DNA from: Macrostomum lignano
Lineage: Eukaryota
Direction: 5' to 3'
Assembly: GCA_002269645.1 (NCBI GenBank)
Contig: NIVC01000671.1
Location: forward strand, 1 to 64,000
DNA length: 64,000 nucleotides
The notes under the pieces are model-generated. The model ran no database searches and was not told where the DNA came from. It saw only the letters and a list, made by a program, of their open reading frames with translations. Position numbers and translations under genes: made by a program. How positions within the stretch are numbered: the first letter of the stretch is position 1; each line of letters starts with the position of its first letter. Below are positions 56,160 to 64,000 of the stretch, piece after piece.

Positions 56160-57190
56160 AGCTATAATGCTGTGCTGGGGAGAAAAACTGAGACGTCAAG
56201 GCTCTCAGAGAATAACTGAGATTACGGGGGGGGGGGTTTCTGAGATGTCAAAGCAAAAGTCAGAAGCTAATTCAAAGTTCATGTACTTTACTCAATTTTT
56301 TTTATTGCATTCTTTGTTGGCTCGCCACGGGAGGCGCTGATAGAAGAAGAGTCATGTAAAAAATAAAAGTAGCACTATGTATACATAAAAGAAAAGTCAT
56401 GTCGAAGTTAAAAGATTCATTTGGGAATTGCTACGATGTCAAAGCTAGGTGGAAATCGTTATAGTGCTGTGATTCTTAAAGAAGGAATCACTAAAATGTC
56501 AAGGCTTAGGGGAGAAGAATTGCTGAGATTTCAAGGCTTTATGTTGGGTTAAAGTTAGGTTTAGGTCAGGTGTGGGTTGAGGGTTATATTTTCAAGGTTA
56601 GCAGGGGATTTTTCAGATTTCAAGGTTTATGGGCGCCATCGCTGACATGTTAAGGCTTACGGGGGGAATAGCTGAGATGTCAAGGCTCACGGGGTATAAA
56701 TGAGATTTCAAGGCTAAAGTCAGAAGCTACATGTAGTTTATTGAAAACTTTTTATTACATTATTTGATGCCTCCTCAGGGGAGGGATCGCTGATTAAAAA
56801 AGCGTAATGTAAAAAATAAAAGAAGCTTCATGTCGAAGTTAAGATATTCATTTGGGAATCCCTACGATGTCGAGGCTTGCAGGGAATCGCTATAATGCTG
56901 TAGTAGTGCTATAATGACTCTTAAAGAGAATTACTGAAATTTCAATGCTTTAGGGTTAGGTTAGGGTTAGGGTTAGAAGGTTGACAGATATTTTTAGATT
57001 TCCAAGGCTTATTGGGGGCATGGCTGAGATGTCAAGGGGGGAAGTTGATATGTTAAAGCTTGTGGGGGGGAATTACTGACATGTCAAGGCTTACAAGGTT
57101 TGATAGGAGATTTTTTAAGATTTCAAGGATACATGTAGCTTATTAAAAAAACGTGTATTGCATTTCTTTGGCTCCCCAACGGGGGGCGTA
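56160..57190. repeat. Degenerate higher-order duplication (~460-bp unit, 2 copies plus a partial one) with GATGTCAAGGCT sub-repeats and a short TTAGGG run at 56950-56976
   Basis: Blocks ~56240-56520 and ~56700-56950 share AAAGTCAGAAGCTA, TCATGTCGAAGTTAA and ATTCATTTGGGAAT..CTACGATGTC. Confidence 0.65.
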
Positions 57191-58237
57191 GATTGCTAGT
57201 CAAGTCTACAAGGCTAATAGCACCAATCAGCAAGAGTCAGTCAAGTCTCATTATGGCATTACAACATGCTGAACTATTATACAAAATTCATAAGTAATTT
57301 TCAGTTTTTAATAAGGTAGTGCTTATTATCATAGTACTGTAAGAATATGGTAGTGGCCAAATTATCCACATGGTACCATGAGAAAAACTTTCAACTTATT
57401 GGCATAGTACACTACAATGATAGGCCCTATATTATACTTGTAGCATGTTTGCATTACACATAGTTTACTTTAGAATTTTTTTGAAACATTTTTTACATAT
57501 AATCCTACTTTTTCTTTTGTATTTTGCAACTTTCCATCAAAAAGTTTCTGTATGTTTGTTAACCTCTGGCTCTGCAGTAACTTAGGCCCCCCTAATTAAA
57601 TAGCACTCATGGTAGTAATATTATTATTACAGGGATTAGGATGCACTTTTTGTAGAAATCATTTATTGTAACTCTATATCTATCTTTGTCCTATGAAATA
57701 CTATTTAATTTTTTATATTAGCCCCTATACTATATTTTTAAGTAAGTGACAGCCAAAGATACATTCTATAACTTGTTTTAGTCTAGATCCTAGGCCTAGC
57801 TAAACTAAAAAAGAGATCAGTTTCTATGCTTATCCTCATACTATGTCTGATTCCCAGTCTGATGAAGTTCAAAATTATCCTGATCTTCTTTAAAAACAAG
57901 CATCGTTTTTCTACATAGGTTGAAAATTTGAATCATTTACTAGCCTAAAAATACTATTAGAGAATTTGGAACAAAATGTCTTATTCAACTCAAAATAAGA
58001 GTCTTACACAATTGCTAAATCCCAATGCCACTTGCCAAAAGATTTATTTAACCCTGTATTGAAATATTATGAAATTGTTTATATATGCCACAATAGTGGA
58101 ACCCATATTTCTAAATCAACTAGTGCTTGTGCAAATCAAAGTAGGTCTTAGTAGTACTTAATAAAAAATTTTATTAGACTTTTGATCAATTTAACCAACA
58201 TGATTGAATATTAATAGATCAGACCTTCTATGCTTGG

Positions 58238-58389
58238 GTGCAACCTAGGGATTCACTTGGCCATTCCTATTGGCAACACAGGTAAGTCACTATTGGACAG
58301 AATAGTAATCACATGACTACCCTCAGCCAATAGCAACTTACATGTGTGTGTTGCCAATAGAAATGGCTGGGTGATTTCCAAGGTTGCAC
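58238..58389. mobile_element. Small foldback / MITE-like element, ~60-bp imperfect arms
   Basis: GTGCAACCTAGGGATTCACTTGGCCATTCCTATTGGCAACACA pairs with TGTGTTGCCAATAGAAATGGCTGGGTGATTTCCAAGGTTGCAC. No TSD identified. Confidence 0.55.
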
Positions 58390-59361
58390 ATGTATGAGAC
58401 CCTCCTAATTATAACATAGTTGTATGATAATATATCTATATTTATTTATTATATATAATTATTAATGTGTTTATTATTATTTATTGGTATAGAGCATATT
58501 AATAAAATTGGTAGATATAATATAATAGACATATAATTTTTTATATAGCCTAAGAGATAGGCCTAATAATATTTATATTAATATTATATTAGTCAACTTT
58601 ATTCACTTTATTTGTTTATCAAGTATACAGTATAGAATGTATGTTCACAATAAAACTAAAAGCTTTATGGCCCCTTGTATGATAGACTTGCAATTTGTAA
58701 TAGGCCTATTGATCTTGAATTTTATCATTTACCAACCAGTCTAATGGATGAGTAATGAAATAAAGGGGATATAAGTTGGCCTTGAAATGCAATGTGTGTG
58801 AATGAAATAAGCCTTTTTATTAATCCTTGCATTGTTATAATCTTGTTTTTGTTATTTAACACAGAAGGTACAATAATATAGTTGCAGATGCAGATGGGTG
58901 CAATAGTAAATAGGCCCAATTATAACTTAGATTCATTTGGCAAAATTCATATATAAAATTTGTACCAATTTAAACTGCATCAAATATTCAAAAAGCAATG
59001 TTTTTAAGGAAGGAAATTGTAAGCATCTTTTCTCATTCAAATGACATGTTTTGTCTAATATTAGGTATCTTCAGGTTGTTGGATATTTATTTAACATTTT
59101 TTAAAAATTGTATAGTATAAATACATTGTAGTAGCATAAATCAAAGAGACAATTCCCTAATAAATAAACAAGGGGATAGAGAGACCCTGGTCAAAGGTGA
59201 GACTGACAATGAGTAAGTGAGAGAAAGAATGAGAGAGAAACAAGACTGAGCGTACATGCACAACCTCAAAAATTTGTTTGGCTATGCGACTTAGTTTAAA
59301 AAATGGCCAAAAATGTGACTTACATGTAAAAGAAACCCTAAAGCAAAATTAACTTAACTTT

Positions 59362-59425
59362 GGGTAAACGGCAGGAGTAACTATGACTGTCTTATTAAGG
59401 CAAAATGCCTCATTATCTACTTAGT
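59362..59425 (+). rRNA. Isolated degenerate 64-bp 28S rRNA fragment (non-functional) spanning the R2 / I-PpoI target site
   Basis: 53/64 identity to the recalled conserved 28S sequence GGGTAAACGGCGGGAGTAACTATGACTCTCTTAAGGTAGCCAAATGCCTCGTCATCTAATTAGT. Confidence 0.85.
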
Positions 59426-59643
59426 ACTACTTTTGCCTAGTAAAAAGCTGCTTTTGCCTAGTAAAAAGATTGTCAGCTAGCTTGTATGTGTTTTAGGCCA
59501 CCAGCTGAGTGTTTTCATAAAAAACTAGGCCTACTTTAAATGGCCTATGAAACCCTAGTAACACCCTAGCAATAAATATAATTTAATTAATAATACTTCA
59601 GAGGGTGTTTTAAAACCTCTTCATGCTTCTCTTGTCACTTTAG

Positions 59644-61000
59644 GAGGCCTTTGCTCATTTGCCTCAACAAAGACAGTTGTCACACAAGGAGAAAAAGGAC
59701 ATTGAACACATGTTGAGGCTTAGTTGCAACAAAAAACTTCTGCAAGCACATTTGTTACAGCAGGGCAAAACTGTGATTTTGTAGGATCATCACAACCTTT
59801 CTTTGAAGTTGAAGCAGTTCAGTTGATGTGAGGACAGCAATGAAGTTGAGGAAGTTGTTAAACTGTTAAAAAGTTAGCTAGGTGCTAATGTCAGTGTCTT
59901 TTCTTCCAATGTTGATGATGGTCATGTTGTTGAAGCAATCTTATTTCAAAATGGTTTAGTAAACCTCATGTTTGATCATTTTTCTAAAGCCTTGTTTGTA
60001 GATGCCATGTACAAACTGAATAAATTGTGAATGCTTATCTGTTTAATTGTTGTAGAAGATGTGAATAGAGAGCAAGATTGTAGCTATTTGGATTGTTAAG
60101 AATGAAAACAAGGCAACCTTTGAGGCCCCTTTGTGGAGTAATTCAAAGCAAGAAACCCTTCATTGGTGCGCACAGAATAGTCGGTAACAGTCCACTTCAG
60201 TAACAGCCATTTTGGTAATAGCCATTTTGGTAACAAGTGAGTAATATAATATGCATTAATTGATATGCTCTGAAAGAATGTGCAAACAAACTTTAAAGAA
60301 AGAACGATGAAACACATGCGTAGCTCCATGTGCTTAACTTGTTTTAAAGTGTTTTAATTGATCTATTTCAATTTCTGGATGAGTCAGACTATATGCCGCC
60401 AAGACATCCTATAATTGACCAAATTTTGTGTATTGTGTACATTGGAATCTCTGATATAGTTAGCAAATAGTGACTTAAATTACAGAATCTACTTTTTTCA
60501 TTAATTATTTAAATTTTTTCCATAAATGTATGGGAGCTTACTTTGCTTAATTTTCTTTGCCTTTAAATTTTTCACAAAGTTACTGCGCAAGTTTAAACAA
60601 AGTATAATACAGTTTAACTAGAAAGTTTAACAATATATGCAATAAGATATTTGAGATGTTAATTGGCTATTACTGAAATGGCTGTTACCAAAGTAGATTG
60701 TATTTGAATAGTCATTTTAGACAAGGACTGTATTGAGCAAGACATTTTCTGCAATGAAATGAACAATATGACGCTTGAAATCTGTCTTTTTCATGTTATG
60801 CAGACTTTTCAGATGGACAAGGGATGAAAAGTATAAAGAGGACACACTGAGTTTGCTTAGGAAGATGATTTACATGAAAGATGAAGACACTTATATCACA
60901 TTCTTCAATCAATTTTGCATTGTTGCCAACACACAACTACAGCACTATTACTGCAGAAATTGGCACAAGATTTAAGTCCAATGCCAATGGGTTGCCTAAA
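59644..61000 (+). pseudogene. Decayed MULE/Mutator (ZSWIM3-like) transposase, interrupted by a MITE
   Basis: Fragments: EAFAHLPQQRQL...NKKLLQAHL...ILFQN...LFVDAMYKLNKL*...VEDVN...KIVAIWIVKNE...NPS / IVILDKD...ICLFHVMQTF / LRKMIY...YYCRNWHKI. These match the MULE DDE-domain motifs (DATYK, DKD, C.FH), with stops and frameshifts. Confidence 0.8.
60183..60705. mobile_element. 523-bp MITE with 41-bp degenerate TIRs and an 8-bp TSD GAATAGTC
   Basis: TSD at 60175-60182 and 60706-60713. TIRs are 31/41 identical. Removing the element restores the transposase reading IVILDKD. Confidence 0.8.
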
Positions 61001-61131
61001 AGCTAGAGCATGTAAAGCTCAGTGTAAAGCTATTTCTAATAAGCATATTGGTTTCTTTTATTTAGATAGAACCAGTTGCTTTGAAAAATGAATATATTCT
61101 TTTAATCTACAATTTCTAGATAGCTCTATAG

Positions 61132-62731
61132 TAGGGGTCGGACGATATTGAATTTTCGAGATTCGAGATTGGCCTCTTCGAGATATTCGAGATTCGATTG
61201 AGATTCGAGACATATAGTGGAACAACAAAAAATATTTAATATGCGAAATAAAGTAAATCCTCTAAATCCACTACTGGTGGTAGGTCTATTAGACAAGCTC
61301 CCGGGATCCCAAGAACCGTCTCCGAAGGCACAGAATTCAAAATGTTAAATAAAATTTTGCCAACCTAGTAAAACAAAGTATTGCTAACCATCATTAGCAA
61401 ACAAAAATACAACTCATTGAAATAACCAGATTACACATTAAATATTCCTATGCGGATACGAGGTACCTAACTGACGAACTAGCGAGACAAAAGAAACTAT
61501 CAACGCCACATGTTTAACACGTGTTGAGTGTTGATCTTGGACGTCAACTTCAAGTAGCCGATGAATTGCTAGAACATTAATTGTTTGAAGCAGAAATGCA
61601 TTACATTACAAATAAATTAAAAATAGTAAATATGAGACAGGCATTAATAATAGCTCTAATACTTTTAAATTTTACTCGTTTTATGTTTGCCTTTCTTAGA
61701 AAAACCTTTATTCAAATCTGCGCGAAATATTTGTTTGAATTTTGTGGTTTGCAAAAATATTTCTGCAATTATTATTTTGTTTAAACTATAACGAATTTTG
61801 GGTATAAATAGACACGCTGAGCAGACTTGAGGAAGCAACCGTTTGCTGCCTCTCGGTTTTCGATAAGCAAATTTAGTTCGTTCTAAATATTGAAATCGCT
61901 TAAAGACTTAATCATTTCTTAGAGTATAAGAACCCCAATTGGGAGTATCAGAAACCACTACAAGCGAGAAACCGCCTCAGGGCAGTAAATTGTAAATTTG
62001 CCTCAGGGCAGGAGAACCGCCTCATAACGAGAGAAGATCGCCTCAGGGCAGAGAAAGAGCATAAGCTGTGACCCTCTGATCCAGGGAACGCCCAGGACTG
62101 AGAGAATAATATTAGGGGAAGCATAGGAATAGAATAGACAGTGCTATTAGACCGCTCAGGCTAGAAAGTACAATAGAAGTACATACGCTACCGATAGAAG
62201 TACATGCGCTACCAGTAGAAAGACAATTAATAACCAGTAGAATTATTAAGGAGAAATAGCTTTATTACAACTTTGGGTGGCATTTAGGATTCTCAGTGTA
62301 CAGGGAAGAGCACTGTGACAACTTGGTTACAGCGGTAGGATTTTGTATCGTACGGGAAACCCCTAGCACAACTTGGTGGCATAACGGTGGAATTCTTATA
62401 GAGAGCCAAAAGGCCTGTAACAACTTTGGTGGCAGCTAGTAAGGCTAGCAAAAGGAATAATTAAGAGCCCTACGACAAATATATTGCTCAAAATAGTGCG
62501 CATTCTCTAATGCAAGCCATGACCATCGGCATCTGTATGCCAGCTATATATAAACTATACATTCTTCGTAGCATGCAAAATTTAAACAAAATATTGACAT
62601 TGACACCATCAGGCTCTATGATATGATGCTACATGCTTCTTATAGATTGAAATGTTTTTTTGAACATTTAATTTTTATCTTGAATCTCAACATTTTTTCG
62701 AGATCGTGAAGTCTCGAAGTTGTTCTCCCTA
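61132..62731. mobile_element. 1.6-kb non-autonomous hAT-like element (TAGGG...CCCTA termini, 8-bp TSD CTCTATAG)
   Basis: TSD at 61124-61131 and 62732-62739. Subterminal TTCGAGA motifs at both ends. A paralogous empty site (TAGCTCAATAGTAGG) lies in the duplicated flank at ~62890-62908. Confidence 0.8.
62267..62480 (+). other. Four tandem ~51-bp cassettes each beginning ACAACT(T)TGGTGGCA (LTR end + tRNA-Leu primer-binding-site-like)
   Basis: Unit starts at 62267, 62318, 62368 and 62420, with a degenerate ACAAAT at 62475. Unit 2 TGGTTACAGCGGTAGGATT is 16/19 identical to TGGTGGCAGCGGTGGGATT, the recalled complement of a tRNA-Leu 3' end. Confidence 0.6.
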
Positions 62732-63050
62732 CTCTATAGTAGGCTAAACTGGTGGAAATACAAAAACACAATTTATTATATATTGTTTTTCTTGGTATAA
62801 AGCTATTTTTAATAAGCATATTGGTTTCTTTACCTTAGACAAAAGCAGTTGCTCTAAGAAAGGAATGTATTCTATTAGTCTGCAGTTTTTAGATAGCTCA
62901 ATAGTAGGCCATAGTAGTGGAAATGAAGTGATTCCAACTATAAACTAACTAAATAGAGACTAGGCCCCTATAATAAGAAAGAATATATTTCTCAGCTATT
63001 TATTTATAATTGTACTTGTATTTATAATATCTCTTTGATCATGTGCATAT

Positions 63051-64000
63051 CAGTGGCGTATCCAAGGGGGGGATAGGGGGGATACATCCCCCCCCAAAGG
63101 GCTGAAGAAAAAAAATTTAGGTAATGAATTTTTTACACTTTTGCTTATTTTATCAGTGACTGGAGTGACGGGAGCCTGCCTGCCAAGTGCCACTGCCAGT
63201 AAATGTATGAGCAGATTACAGAATAGTGAGAATACAGATGGCATAATGAGATTTGAAAAGACCCTTGCCCTTCATTTAGAGTTAAGTTCCTCAACTCTAA
63301 GTTCCTTGCCGGGGGGAAGGGGCAAGGGGGACGGGCGGGGGGAGGGTTGAAGGAAGGAAGCTAGCTATTTTTCAATTCCTACCCTGTCTTATAGATTATA
63401 TGTACTATCATACTATGTATGTACATTAACATTTCCTTCCAATCTGTGGGCTAGCTTAGCTGTGGTTAACATGTTTTAAAGGCCCTGCCCCAGCCCAGGC
63501 CTAGCACAAACCATGAATTAAAAAGCTAACCAATATGGCTCCACCTCCAAGCAAACAACTGAAGCTTGATCAGTTCTTTAGAGCTTGTACTCCTCCGGCT
63601 CCTATGCAGCAACAACAATTACAAAACGAGGACCAACATGAATCAGCTCCTGTTCCTGAAGAGATTATTCTCAATGACACAATGACAGTGACTGCCATCC
63701 TAATAGTGACACTGACAGTACTAATAGAAGTTCTACTTCTGCGACTGCAACTGCAGAACCTCAATGCCAAGACCTACCAGCACAACCACCAGCAGCAGCA
63801 GCTATAGAGCCTACAGCTACAGGATTAGCTGGAATTGCCTCTCGTGATATTGATGATGCTGTACAACTGCGCATCCAAGGCAAGCTGACTGCCGAAATTC
63901 GATGGCTCTTCATGAAAGAAACATTAAAGGTTTCTGTGGAATACGAGCTACCTTTCACAGAGGGAGCAAAGCAGAAATTTAGACTGAATCACCATCACCT
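63051..64000 (+). mobile_element. 5' end of a hAT-type DNA transposon (CAGTGGCGTATCC terminus); transposase N-terminus 63535 to the window end, frameshift at ~63680
   Basis: CAGTGGCG terminus with G/C-tract subterminal repeats. ORF MAPPPSKQLKLDQFF..., shifting frame into DIDDAVQLR...YELPFTEGAKQKFRLNHHH, which resembles the TTF-zinc-finger N-terminus of hAT/ZMYM1-like transposases. Catalytic domain lies outside the window. Confidence 0.6.

Noticed and set aside
62267-62480. True CRISPR array
   Set aside because: Eukaryotic context, no cas genes, short degenerate repeats that look like PBS, and spacers with residual mutual similarity. Kept only as a PBS-like array.

Overview
Eukaryotic (metazoan) genomic DNA. 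GC-rich spliced exons, introns filled with minisatellites and a short TTAGGG run suggest a flatworm such as Macrostomum, but this is inference only. The left ~47 kb holds seven genes whose GT-AG exon structures I reconstructed by hand: two convergent SAMHD1-like HD-domain dNTPase paralogs (1510-6293 +, 10476-13723 -), an intronless GT10 alpha-1,3-fucosyltransferase (16256-17482 +), an ankyrin-repeat TRPM-like channel (19491-29728 -), a compact LRP3/10/12-type receptor (32535-34980 -), HYLS1 (40585-41560 -) and a BTB-BACK-PHR-like protein (43540-46692 -). Most long ORFs in the supplied track are artefacts of ~30 tandem arrays. The right ~17 kb is AT-rich and has no host gene that I could identify. 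It holds satellites, a decayed MULE transposase interrupted by a MITE, a non-autonomous hAT-like element containing an LTR-end/PBS-like tandem array, a 64-bp 28S rRNA fragment centred on the R2 target site, and the 5' end of a hAT transposon. Best leads: (1) the ankyrin/TRPM chimera; (2) minisatellites built from copies of the gene's own splice donor or stop codon; (3) four tandem LTR-end + tRNA-Leu PBS-like cassettes; (4) SAMHD1 paralogs that differ at the GTP allosteric site. Several single-base frameshifts may be assembly errors. All alignments were done by eye and by recall of reference motifs; no database searches were run.
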